Assembly: GCA_043732345.1 (NCBI GenBank)
Contig: JAYTHS010000553.1
Span: forward strand, 1-51,751
Source: Frankiales bacterium
Lineage (GTDB): Bacteria; Actinomycetota; Actinomycetes; Mycobacteriales; SCTD01
Direction of reading: 5' to 3'
Length of the DNA stretch: 51,751 nt
Shown one piece after another: positions 1 through 10,380 of this stretch; position 1 is the first letter of the stretch, and each line of letters begins with the position of its first letter. Under the pieces are notes generated by a model. It made no database searches. It was not told the DNA's origin and worked only from the letters and a program-made list of their open reading frames with translations. The translations under genes were made by a program, and so were the position numbers.

Positions 1-839
<839 letters not shown>

Positions 840-1502
840 CCCCCGATCCTGACCCAGACGCACCCCATCGCGCACCCGAGGGTGCCGAACCGCAAGCAGA
901 GCCCAGCTCCCGGGCAACCCGCAGCCGCTCGCACACCCTGAGCAGCAGCGCCTTGGTCAACTCGTGCGCCTCGTCCAGCAGCAGCTGGAAGTCCCACGCC
1001 ACCAGAAACAGGGTCGTGGCCGTAATCGTCGCCGAGCGGGGCTTGCCATCCATCAGGGAGATGTCACCGAAGTAGTCGCCAAGGCCCAGGGTCATGGCCT
1101 GGACCCTGTTGACGGCCACCTCGACCGAGCCCTCGAGGATCAACTGGAAGCCGACCCCCACCTGGCCCTGGCTCGTGAGCTCCTCGCCCTACTGGTGCGT
1201 CGCGGTCCGAGTCGTCTTGCACTGCCTCCCGGCCTTCGAGAACCATCCGATCGCGGCGATCCGCTTCCACCGGAACAGCCGCAGCCTTGATTGCCACTGC
1301 TCGCCGTCAAAAGTCGACCAGTCGACCGCGGGCTGAGCCTCGTCTCTTGCGCTTGCCGATCTGGTCAGTGAGTTCGCGGGATGACCGCGGGGATGCCCCG
1401 AGTCGCCAGGCACCGACGCACGGCCGGCGTCGCCGGATACGTTGGTGTTGTGTACCGGGTTGCGCACGTGCGTTCCGGGCGTTCGCAGGGGGGTCAGTCT
1501 CG

Positions 1503-2642
1503 ATGTCCTTGACGGGCGGGTTGTTCCTAAGCCTGGTTGCCGGTGTCGCGATCGGAGCCTTCGTGGTCTTGGTCGTCCGCTGGCCTTCCTTGACCGGACG
1601 AAGCCCGTGGCGGATAGCCGCGCGTGTTGGGACGCTGGTGTTGGTCAACGTCTTGGTGCTTCTGACGGCTGCGACGCAGCTCAACGCCCGCTACTTGTTC
1701 TTCGCCGACTGGACTGACTTGCAGGGTGCGATGAATGGGACGGTGATCAAGACCTCGGTGACCCGCGGGGCCGCCGCGGCGAAGGCTGCGAGTCGGTCGC
1801 TGCCTGGTCCGGCAGCTACCACCCCTGTCTCGAGGCCCTCGTTACCGGCTGGCGCGACTGAGGGCAAGGCGACCACGTACACGGTCCACGGGCCGCTCAG
1901 CGGTCTCGACAGCACGGTTGTGGTCCAGTTACCGCGGGGTTATCTGAATCTGGCGAATGCGGGGGTTTCCTACCCGGTGCTGGAAACCTTTCAGGGCTAC
2001 CCCGGATCGCCTAACCAGTGGGTCACGGCGATGCCGCTGAAGGCGGTTATGACCGTCGAGGTTGACGCGAGGCGGATGCGACCCGCGCTGATCGTCTCGC
2101 CCCAGGTCGAGATTCCGGCAGGCGTCGACACAGAGGGTGTCAACGGCCGGCCTGGCTTCCCGCAGCTGGAGACGTGGCTGAGCCAGGACGTCCCGAACTG
2201 GGTCGCACGCACCTTCCGGGTCAGTACGAACCGTTCGTCCTGGGCCACTATCGGCTTGTCGGCAGGGGGGTGGTGTGCCGCGATGACCACGATGCTGCAT
2301 CCCGCCCAGTACGGCGCCGCGATCGTGCTCGGGGGCTACTTCCGGCCCGAGTTCGGCCCGCTGTATGAGCCCTACCCGGCGAAGAGTGCCCTCGCCGCCC
2401 GCTACGACCTCCTAGCACTGACCAAGCGGGCGCCTCCGACAGTGGCGCTGTGGCTTGAGACATCACACTCCGACTCTGTTTCCTACTCCTCCAGCGCGGC
2501 CTTGCTCACGGCGGTGCGACCGCCGCTGTCGGTGAAGGCGGTCGTGTTGCGGCACGCAGGGCACCGGCTCAGCGTTTGGGAAGCCCTACTCCCGGACGCA
2601 CTCACCTGGCTCGGCGCCAACGTTCCCGGGTTCAGCCCTTGA
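1503..2642 (+). CDS. membrane-anchored esterase-family alpha/beta hydrolase (esterase D / mycolyltransferase-like fold)
   Basis: ORF 1287..2642, start re-set to ATG 1503 (MSLTGGLFLSLVAGVAIGAFVVLVV = N-terminal TM helix). Nucleophile elbow GLSAGG in ...WATIGLSAGGWCAAM... Region upstream of 1503 is Arg-rich junk. Confidence 0.7.
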   Translation: MSLTGGLFLSLVAGVAIGAFVVLVVRWPSLTGRSPWRIAARVGTLVLVNVLVLLTAATQLNARYLFFADWTDLQGAMNGTVIKTSVTRGAAAAKAASRSLPGPAATTPVSRPSLPAGATEGKATTYTVHGPLSGLDSTVVVQLPRGYLNLANAGVSYPVLETFQGYPGSPNQWVTAMPLKAVMTVEVDARRMRPALIVSPQVEIPAGVDTEGVNGRPGFPQLETWLSQDVPNWVARTFRVSTNRSSWATIGLSAGGWCAAMTTMLHPAQYGAAIVLGGYFRPEFGPLYEPYPAKSALAARYDLLALTKRAPPTVALWLETSHSDSVSYSSSAALLTAVRPPLSVKAVVLRHAGHRLSVWEALLPDALTWLGANVPGFSP

Positions 2643-2869
2643 GCTGAAGGCTCGGGGCCCGTGCAAATCGGCATCTGGACCAAGGCGCAACGGAAGCCGA
2701 CAGTGTGCAGCCAGCGTGGGTGACGACATCAAGATCATCGCCGCGGGCGTGTGCATGGGACTCGCGACTCCCGACTCTGCACACCCGAGGGGCCTGACCA
2801 CCAGCCACTCAGCCCGCCAGCGAGACCCCGACAGATAGGACCCGACTCGGTCGTGCGCTTGGTCAACAG

Positions 2870-3234
2870 TTGTGTGGGCCTTGCAGTGGGGACATCCCGG
2901 CCCCGCTTCATTCCGCCGGTGATCGTGGTCCAGACCCGCAACGGAACGCGGAAGCTCCTCGCGCCGACGACCCCACCCACGCCCTCATCGCCTGTTCCCC
3001 CGAGGTGGTCCGCACGTCCACGCACGCCGGCGTACCCCATGGCTACAGGCGGATCCAGCACGACCTTCTCAAGGAAGGCCGGCGGCTGGGCGTTGATTCG
3101 CGGGTTTGACACCGAACCGCGTCCGGTGCCGTGGCCAGGTTGATCCGCCGGCGACTCAAGAGCGGGGCCAGGGCCGCCGCCCCACGGCCCGCCCAGGCCC
3201 GTGTCGCCGGGCACACGCTAGAACTGACCTCATG
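2870..3234 (+). mobile_element. degenerate N-terminal remnant of an IS481/IS3-type integrase-transposase (frameshifted, no catalytic core)
   Basis: ORF 2870..3109 ends ...VPHGYRRIQHDLLKEGRRLGVDSRV. A neighbouring frame continues ...LIRRRLKSGARAAAPRP... Together these resemble the conserved (W)GYRRIxGELxKLGxxVxxSTxxRxLKxxGxxPAPRR block just upstream of rve domains. No DDE core follows. Confidence 0.4.
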
Positions 3235-4091
3235 ACTACGGCCTCCTTACCCAAGTACAACGACTTCCACTGGCCGACGGTGTTGGCCCTCCGAGCGCTG
3301 GGCGGATCAGGGTCAAATTCCGAGATCGACGAGAAGGTCGTCGCGCAGGAGGGCTTTAGGGTGGACCTGCAGTCAACTCTGCATAACGACGGACCGATGA
3401 CCGAAATCGGCTACCGACTCCACTGGGCGCGTTCTTACTTGAAAGGCATGGGTCTTGCGGACAATCCCCGCCGCGGGGTGTGGGCACTTACCCAGCGGGC
3501 CGGGAGGTACCCGAATCTCAGATCGCCCCACTTAGAGCGAAATATCTCAAAGCAATGCGCGACGCCCGAGCTACCAATACTGCCGAAACGCTAGATGAAG
3601 CCCCGGGGGTAGAATCGAAGGCCGAACTATCTTGGCGGGAGCAGCTTCTTGAGGCTCTGCTCACCATGGACCCATCTGCGTTCGAGCGGCTATGTCAACG
3701 ATTGCTCCGTGAAGCCGGATTCAGCCGCACCCAGGTCACTGGCCGCAGCGGTGACGGCGGTATCGACGGACTCGGTGTCTATCGCGTGTCGCTCGTCTCG
3801 TTCCAGGTCTTTTACCAAGCCAAGCGCTGGCGCAGCGCCGTGGGCAGCAAGGAGGTGCGCGACTTCCGGGGCGCAATGGCCGGTCGCGGGGAGAAGGGCC
3901 TTCTCATCACAACAAGCACCTTTACAGCCGACGCCAAGGCCGAGTCCACACGGGACGGAGCACCTCCGGTGGACCTCGTGGACGGGGCCGCCTTGTGTGA
4001 CCTACTCGTTCAGCATCGACTAGCAGTGTTGGTCCCCGAGCGCCTCGAACTAGATGTCGAGGTCGATCACGCTTCCCTCGACGCCATCTGA
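3232..4091 (+). pseudogene. mrr: Mrr-family type IV restriction endonuclease, split by a single frameshift
   Basis: The N-terminal Mrr_N winged-helix part (MTTASLPKYNDFHWPTVLALRALGGSGSNSEIDEKV...RRGVWALT) is in the frame of ORF 3106..3594. The catalytic part (PAGREV...RSGDGGIDGLG...FYQAKRW...LITTSTF...) is in ORF 3480..4091. The frames meet at the ACCC run ~3490-3494, consistent with a 1-nt indel. GC is lower than in flanking genes. Confidence 0.75.
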
Positions 4092-4114
4092 TTGCGCTCG
4101 ACGCTGAGCTGGTG

Positions 4115-5798
4115 TCAGAAGCAGTGGACCGGGCACTCCCCCCTCGGGGGGTGTCCTAACAATGGACGAGGTTGACCAAGGACCTCGTGTACAAGATCGC
4201 TTCCAGTTGAGAGGCTGCTCAAGCCGACCGGATGAGCGGACGGCACGAGGGACGAGGTAGATGTCACACGTACTTGTCGATGCTGGTCGCGCCGCCGTCT
4301 TCGCGGTGCACGAGGTGGTGCAGGTCGGTGAAGGCGGGGGGGCCTGGTGCAGCCGCGGGCGGTGCAGTGCCGGTCCCTGGCGCTGACGGCACTGCGCTGT
4401 GCGGTGGTGATCTGGTCGGACAAGGTCTCCAGGCTGTGGACCTGCCCGAATGCATCGCGCAGGACCCGGCTGATCCGGGCATCGCACAGCGTGGCTTCGA
4501 TGCGGGCGCGGGTCTGCGGCCCGCTCCACGCTCCGGTGGCGACGTGCTCCTCCACGACAACCGGGTGCAGCGGCTGACCGGTCAGCGGGTCGCTGAGGCG
4601 CTTGACGAGGCGACCCTGCTCAGGGCGTGGGTCAGGTGCGGGGCCTTGCCACCAGCCCCGCAAAGGTTCCGGTGCGGGTCGTGGTCTGGCTTCGGAGTCT
4701 GGCCGAGCATCCTGTGGCCAGGCGGGGGCTTGCGACTCGTCGTCCCGCGGTTCGCTGACCAGTGAGGTGGGGTCGACTGTCTCGTCGGGGTTCAGCAGGA
4801 TGAGGTATCCACCGGTGAGCAGGTCGGCCAGGGCGGGGGGCCGTCCGCCGCGGGCCCACCCTGAGGGCACGACGTAACTGACGTGCACCGGCCGGCCGCC
4901 GAAGCTGGGCAGCTCCAGCCACCGGGCGGCGGCGGTGAAGACCTCCACCAGAGCCTCCGCCCGACGCCGACCGGCGCTGCGGGCATCCGCGAGGCCCTGC
5001 CGACGGGCGAGGGGTTCCAGGACCGTCATCAGGGCCTCGCTGTCTTCGCTGCTGATCACGAACCGTCCCGCGAGGCGCCCGGTCCGGACGCTTGTCGAGC
5101 TGCAACCACGCCTCGGCCTCGGCCCGGTCCTGTTCCCGGTCGAGCTCGGGTTCGCACCACGTCGCAATCAGGTGCCGCACCCACTGCCCCAGCTCCACCG
5201 GGTTCAAGGCCGCAGCAACCGTGACCAACTCCGTCTGGGTGGCCAAGAGCTCGGTGTCAGGGAGCTTGCCGACCAGCCGGCACAACACCTCCGCCTGCGC
5301 CGGCGTGAGGATCCCGTCGGTCACGGCCTGCCCCCACACCGGAAACCGCATCGACACTCCCGCCCGACTTACATCCCGACCCGCTTGGGTACCGGCGACC
5401 CGCGTGGCTTCCCGCCACCACGTCTGCACACTCATCAGCAGCGGCATCGCCGGCGCCGCGAAAGCCTCGGGCTGCACGGCACCTGAATCGTCACCGTCGG
5501 CGGTCCCCTGGACGACGTCCTGGACGGGCCCGGGGGCCGGCCGTTGCTGGGATCTTTCCAGGACCTGCCCACCCGAGCGCTCCTGCAGCACCGCCGGGAT
5601 CTGGTCGGCCCGACCCAGCAGCCGCTCCCCGACGACCCGGAGCTCCAGCGCGTGGGCTTGCAGCTGGCTGACCGTCAGGCCGTCCAGGTCCGCGCGCAAC
5701 ACCGGCTCGACGTGCGAGCCGAGGTAGCCGGACACACATCCAGCGTAACCGAACACGACATCGAACACGAGCCGTAAATTGTCTACACACCAGGGCAT
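4115..5798 (-). pseudogene. DUF222 / HNH endonuclease (13E12-repeat-type) gene with at least three frame disruptions
   Basis: The DUF222-like N-part is in ORF 4632..5897 (from MPWCVDN at 5798 to ...AWLQLDKRPD ~5082). It continues in ORF 4115..5167 (RLAGRFVISSED...SARDRHCTARGCTRPP), then in ORF 4264..4560 (AFTDLHHLVHREDGGATSIDKYV = HNH motif), and the tail is in the frame of 4050..4529. Shifts lie at ~5080, ~4340 and ~4275. Confidence 0.7.
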
Positions 5799-6217
5799 TC
5801 TGCTGTCAGCACAGAGCTGGTTCCGAGCCGCAGACCTGAAGCGGGAGATCGTGACCGACGGTTGAGATCGGCAGCAAGCCCGGACCGCCGAGGACACATC
5901 TGGGTCTCGCGGTGCGGAGAACAGTCGTTATCCGCCGTGCCGAGCCAGCGCGGACAACATCAAGGAGCATCACTTCCTGATCACGGCTACCAGGTAGCTA
6001 ACGCCACGTTTCTCGCTGTAACCCAGGCAGCCGTCGATGCCTGGGGACGGGGACGCGAGGCGACGAGGACGAGGACGAGTCATCATGCTTGCCACCTCCA
6101 GGTGAAGGACCAGCGAAGGCCACTGGGACGGGTGCAAATAGGGCCCTCCCTACACAGAACAGCGCCGTGCCACCGGCCCGGCCGAAGGGCGTTCGGCGGA
6201 GCCGGTGAATCGGTCGA

Positions 6218-7903
6218 TCAGCTTCGGCGGCGCCGGCCAAGCAGGAGCATCATCCCGCCGAGGGCGAACAGGGTCTGACCGACAAGCATCATGAGCCCGA
6301 TCGGCGCGCCGGTGAAGGCGAGGACGCCCCCACCACCCGTAGTCGGCGCGCCGGGGGTACCCGGCGCGCCAGTGACGGCGAGGCCGCCCCCACCACCCGT
6401 AATCGGCGTGCCGGGGGTACCCGGACCGCTGACGTCGCCGCCACCGCCGCCACCCTGGATCGGGGTGCTGACGGTCGTCGTGACGGAGGAGGTGTTGTCG
6501 CCGGGCGTGGCGTCTGTCGGACCGACGACGGCGGTGTTGGTGAACGAGGCACCCGTGAAGCCGGAACCGAGGGTGCCGACCACGGTGATGGGCGAGCTCG
6601 CCCCGGTGGCCAGCGGCGCCGAGTCGGTGCAGCTCAGGGTCGTCGTGTACCCGCACGACCAGCCCAGCCCGTTGGCGCTGACGAACGCGATCCCGTCAGG
6701 CAGCGTGTCCGTGACGGTCGCGCTCTGTGCCGTGACCTGCCCGGTGTTGGTGACCGAGAGGGTCCAGGTGATGGTGTCGCCGGGCGAGGCCGTGGCCGGG
6801 CCGGTCTTCACGATGGCCAAGTCGGGTGCGTCACCCGAGGTCGTGGGCGTCTCGGTCGGCGTGACCGTAGGTGTCGGTGTCGGTGTCTCGGTCTCGGTGG
6901 CCGTAGGTGTCGGAGTCGGCGTCTCGGTCTCGGTGGCCGTAGGTGTCGGAGTCGGCGTCTCGGTGGCCGTAGGTGTCGGAGTCGGCGTCTCGGTGGCCGT
7001 AGGTGTGGGAGTCGGCGTCTCGGTCTCGGTGGCCGTAGGTGTCGGAGTCGGCGTCTCGGTGATCACAGCGGGGCTGCGGACCGTCGAGGTGTCTTGCGCC
7101 GTCGCGGTGTTCAGGGGATCGGCAGGCAGGTTGGGGCCTGCAGCCTGGGAGACGACCACGGTCGCCGTGTTGGTGGCGGCAGTCCCGGCCGCGGGGCTGT
7201 ACGCCGGCAGCGTGAACGAGCAGGTGGTGAAGGCGTTGGGCGCGAGGACTTTGGCGAGCGCTGGGGTGCAGCTGAAGGCGAGCGGCGCGATACCGAGCGC
7301 GTCCGTCAGCGAATCGATCTTCACGGGCACGATGCTCGTATTGGTGATCTTGATGTTGAAAGGCACCGGGGCACCGACGGACAGCGCGGTCTCGTCCTTG
7401 GTGAACGATCCGTCCGCGTCCGCGTCATTGACCTTGACGATCTGGACGGTCAGCTTGGGGGTCGGGACCTTGCACCCGGCGGCGAAGAAGAGCTTGCCGA
7501 ACGTGTCGTAGTTCTGGCCGTCGAAGTGACGAGTCACGCCGTGGTCGTTGAAGTCGAACGGCGGAATGATGTCGCCCCACTTGATGTGAGCCGTCTTCAA
7601 GGTGGGGTTCCAGACAGGCCCGCCATGCCCGTTCTTGACCGCGACGCCGTCAACGCTCGTCCCGGCGTGGCCGGAGACGTCGCCGTTCTTGTTGGGCGTC
7701 TCGATCACGTACGGGTTGCTGTCGCTGTCCGTCCGGTGGCAGATGGTCTGCTTGCCGTTCGCGCTCCCGTCGCCACGGTCAGCTGCCGAAGCGACCCCGG
7801 TCGAGGCCGTCGACGAAGCGATAACCATGAGAAGGACGCCGAGGCCGGCAAGGGTCTTGCCCCTTCGGGGCGCGGGCCGAAGGTGGTGAGCGAAGTGAGA
7901 CAC
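6218..7903 (-). CDS. secreted cell-wall-anchored surface protein (signal peptide, ICH..SNPY N-domain, TP-rich linker, DUF11-type repeat domain, LAxTG sorting signal)
   Basis: ORF 6218..7972, start re-set to GTG 7903 (VSHFAHHLRPAPRRGKTLAGLGVLLMVIASSTASTGVASA/ADRG signal peptide). DUF11-like block DLAIVKTGP...PGDTITWTLSVTNTG...VTDTLPDGIAFVSANGLGWSC. The C-terminus LAFTG + hydrophobic helix + RRRRS is a class-E-sortase-type (LAxTG) sorting signal. Confidence 0.85.
   Translation of the reverse strand: MSHFAHHLRPAPRRGKTLAGLGVLLMVIASSTASTGVASAADRGDGSANGKQTICHRTDSDSNPYVIETPNKNGDVSGHAGTSVDGVAVKNGHGGPVWNPTLKTAHIKWGDIIPPFDFNDHGVTRHFDGQNYDTFGKLFFAAGCKVPTPKLTVQIVKVNDADADGSFTKDETALSVGAPVPFNIKITNTSIVPVKIDSLTDALGIAPLAFSCTPALAKVLAPNAFTTCSFTLPAYSPAAGTAATNTATVVVSQAAGPNLPADPLNTATAQDTSTVRSPAVITETPTPTPTATETETPTPTPTATETPTPTPTATETPTPTPTATETETPTPTPTATETETPTPTPTVTPTETPTTSGDAPDLAIVKTGPATASPGDTITWTLSVTNTGQVTAQSATVTDTLPDGIAFVSANGLGWSCGYTTTLSCTDSAPLATGASSPITVVGTLGSGFTGASFTNTAVVGPTDATPGDNTSSVTTTVSTPIQGGGGGGDVSGPGTPGTPITGGGGGLAVTGAPGTPGAPTTGGGGVLAFTGAPIGLMMLVGQTLFALGGMMLLLGRRRRS
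6301..6425. repeat. 60-bp tandem duplication (x2 plus partial) duplicating the sortase motif region
   Basis: 6301..6360 and 6361..6420 are near-identical. They encode GTPGTPITGGGGGLAVTGAP / GTPGAPTTGGGGVLAFTGAP. Confidence 0.9.
6849..7062. repeat. in-frame tandem repeat of 30/36-bp units encoding (A)TE(TE)TPTPTPT linker
   Basis: Units gtctcggt(ctcggt)ggccgtaggtgtcggagtcggc are repeated about 6 times almost perfectly. They translate on the minus strand as TETPTPTPTATETETPTPTPTA... Confidence 0.9.
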
Positions 7904-8751
7904 GTCGGATCCGGCTCTCGTAATGACACGCCCCCCAAGGAACGCGCTTAACGTGACACCCGGTCTCGCCATTAGCTCAGCACCCGATCAGGCGACCGAT
8001 TTTCTCCGTGCGCCCGCTGGGACGACGCCGGTGGGGATCGGGTGCTTCATAGCCCTTGTCCTGAACAACGCCCACTATGACAGGCAGGACGCCCCAATCA
8101 CTAGGCCGAACGGGTACCTCGTCCCCAGGTCCGAGGACGAACCAGCGGAAACGGCATTGAGTCGGCCAGGAGACCGACACCAGGTCGATGATGCAGGCCA
8201 GGGTGCCGCCGGGCAGGGGGCCCTGGTCGCCGTACCCGGCCCTCGGGGGGATTCAATACGTGAACGTCCGCTTCTGCCGCGGTGCGAGCGCCCAGCCAGT
8301 GCATGGGCATGCAGACAAACTCCAGCCTCTGACCGTCCGTTGGCCTCTTCGGGGAACAGCGAAGAACGACAGTTCCGTACGTCGCCGGGACTGCGCTGCC
8401 GGCTATTCCTCGTTGTCCTCGCGGCCGGAAGTGGTGAAGAAGCGTCACTAACCGCTTGGCTGGGCGCGAGCGGCAGACGAGCAGCGGGAGGGAGGCCGGG
8501 GCCGGGTTGCCTTGCCGCCACCGGGAACCCGGATGTCGGACCGGCGGCCCAGCGACTGTCCGCCCTCGGGCTTGCTGTCGAACTCGTCCACGGCTGACGC
8601 AGGCCTGCGGATTCTCCGAGCCCCGGCACCTGGGCTGGGCACCACAGGCCGCGGGGATCCCGGACTCGCCGCCGATCAGGACCGCTCACCGTGACGGGCC
8701 ACCACCCGAACGGGTGAGGACGTTCGTGGGGGGACCGGTCGATGGACATGG

Positions 8752-9259
8752 GTGCGCACCCAGACCACTCCCGCTCCGACCGGGCAGCAGCCCGGCCCGG
8801 AGGAGCTGTCGTGGGACCGACCGACCACCTTCCACGCGGAGTCGGGGGCTCCCCACGACAACGAGCCAGCGCGGGGCTTCCTGCTGCGACTGCACAGTGA
8901 TTCCGCGTGCCTGCGGCAGCTCGCACCGGACGGGCTGCTGGTGCCCAAGGCCTACGAGCGCACCCGGGCGGACACGGTCAGCGGCCAGTGCGGGACCGAG
9001 GCGGTGGCGGTCAGCTCCTCCTCCGTCGTGCAACGGCTGCGGGGGGCCGAGCGGGCACTGCACCGCCTGCGTGCGCGGGCGGGCGGGCGACGGACCGATG
9101 CCCCGGGAGATCGTCTACTGCCGGGCGATGCGCTTCGAGGCCCAGAGCGCGGTGAACGTCCACCCGGCCGCACCGCTGCTCGCCGATCGGGTGGCCGACC
9201 TGGCCGTTGACGTCGCCGAGGCCCTGCGTGCGGCGATGGTCGCCTACGACCGGCGCTAG
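8752..9259 (+). pseudogene. hypothetical protein gene with an apparent +1 frame switch (or two small overlapping ORFs)
   Basis: The frame-1 ORF 8752..9210 has high GC3 only up to ~9085 (VRTQTT...LLRLHSDSACLRQLAPDGLLVPKAYERTRADTVSG...LHRLRARAG). From ~9086, high GC3 moves to the frame of ORF 8456..9259 (DGPMPREIVYCRAMRFEAQSAVNVHPAAPLLADRVADLAVDVAEALRAAMVAYDRR). The switch lies in a gcgggcgggcgggc run. I recognised no motif. Confidence 0.3.
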
Positions 9260-10380
9260 TCGACCAGGGCCAGCGCGATCGTCTCGTCGACGACCAGCTT
9301 GGAGGCCGCCACCTCGCGGGCCTCGAGCAGCGCGAGCCGCTCGACATCGACGCGGTCGGCGATGTCCTCGTCGCTGCGCATCAGCGCCTCGAGGTCGGTC
9401 GCGGCCATGTGGGTGACGCCCATGTCGGCGTAGGCCTTCTGGACCTTGGGCCCCCACAGACCGATGTCCTTGACGCACGGGACGATCCTGGTGAACAGCA
9501 GCGACTGGTAGGCCTGGAAGTACGGCGAGGCGTCAACGGCCTTGCGGCACTCGTCGAGGTCGAAGCCCAGGTTGGTCCAGACCTCGTCCATGCGCAGCCG
9601 GTCCCTCATCAGGTAGCAGCCCTCGACGACGAAGTCCTCGCGCTCGGAGCGTTCTGCGCTGGTCAGCTGGCTGTAGTAGTCCTTCAGCGCAAGCCGACCG
9701 AAGGCGACGTGCCGCGCCTCGTCCTGCATCACGTAGGCCAGGATCTGCTTGGGCAGCGGCACCTCGGTCATGTCTCGCAGAACACCGAAGGCAGCCAGGG
9801 CAAGGCCTTCGATGAGCACCTGCATCCCGAGGTAGGGCATGTCCCAGCGGCTGTCGGACAGGGTGTCGTCCAGCAGCGCCTTCAGGTGGGTGTTGATCGG
9901 GTAGACCATCCCGATCTTCTCCTGCAGGAAGCGTGCGTAGGTCTCGGCGTGCCGAGCCTCGTCCATCGTCTGCGTCGCGGCGTAGAACTTGGAGTCCAGG
10001 TCCGGGACCGACTCCACGATCCGCGCCGAGCAGATCATCGCACCCTGCTCGCCGTGCAGGAACTGGCTGAACTGCCAGCTGTTGAGGTGCTGCGACAGCT
10101 CAGCGACCGCCTTCGGGTCGTTCTCGATCCTGCGCCACTGGTCGCTGCCGAAGATAGCAATCGCCTCGTTGGGCAGCCCCAGCGCGTTGCCCGGGTCGAC
10201 GTCGAGCGACCAGTCGATCCGGGTGGCGCTGTCCCACTGCTTGTCCTTGCCCTTCTGGTAGAGCGAGAGCAGCCGGTCGCGGCCGTCGTCGTACTCCCAG
10301 GTGAAGCGGGACGCGCCCTGCATCTCCAGGTCCCACGTTGCGTGCTCGGCCGGGATTGCGTAGAGGTCGTGCGTGCTCAT
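9256..10380 (-). CDS. ferritin-like di-iron carboxylate protein (R2/AurF-like oxidase superfamily)
   Basis: ORF 9256..10542, start re-set to ATG 10380 (MSTHDLYAIP), which overlaps the TetR stop as ATGA. Two E...DEARH motifs (FLHGEQGA...TMDEARHAETY and LIEGLALA...MQDEARHVAFG) form a 4-helix di-iron site. Confidence 0.8.
   Translation of the reverse strand: MSTHDLYAIPAEHATWDLEMQGASRFTWEYDDGRDRLLSLYQKGKDKQWDSATRIDWSLDVDPGNALGLPNEAIAIFGSDQWRRIENDPKAVAELSQHLNSWQFSQFLHGEQGAMICSARIVESVPDLDSKFYAATQTMDEARHAETYARFLQEKIGMVYPINTHLKALLDDTLSDSRWDMPYLGMQVLIEGLALAAFGVLRDMTEVPLPKQILAYVMQDEARHVAFGRLALKDYYSQLTSAERSEREDFVVEGCYLMRDRLRMDEVWTNLGFDLDECRKAVDASPYFQAYQSLLFTRIVPCVKDIGLWGPKVQKAYADMGVTHMAATDLEALMRSDEDIADRVDVERLALLEAREVAASKLVVDETIALALVD

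Noticed and set aside
3232-5798. Mrr plus HNH nuclease as an active restriction/defence system
   Set aside because: Both genes are frame-disrupted as assembled (one shift in Mrr, at least three in the HNH gene). No methylase, ATPase or other partner is present. I report it only as a decayed islet.
6181-6197. Hairpin GCCGAAgggcgTTCGGC 21 nt downstream of the surface-protein stop, as an intrinsic terminator
   Set aside because: The stem is only 6 perfect bp and no U-tract follows on the transcribed strand. This is too weak to call.
6849-7062. Regular 30/36-bp repeats as a possible CRISPR array
   Set aside because: There are no unique spacers between units. The repeats are contiguous, in frame, and encode a TP-rich linker inside a long ORF.
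6291-7511. 406-aa Val/Gly-rich plus-strand ORF, and 7094..7951(+)
   Set aside because: It is antisense to the LAxTG surface-protein gene. Its VGVGVSV repeats are simply the reverse-complement reading of the TPTPTE repeat.
7923-8926. Track ORFs 7923..8597(+), 8075..8926(-), 8101..8448(-), 8188..8451(+) as genes
   Set aside because: GC3 is low or mixed in the frames I checked, the composition is R/P/S-rich, the ORFs overlap one another, and I recognised no motifs. I treat the stretch as non-coding or remnant DNA.
2643-9255. An intact prophage or integrative element
   Set aside because: No integrase core, tRNA attachment site, or structural or replication genes are present. There are only fragments and pseudogenes.
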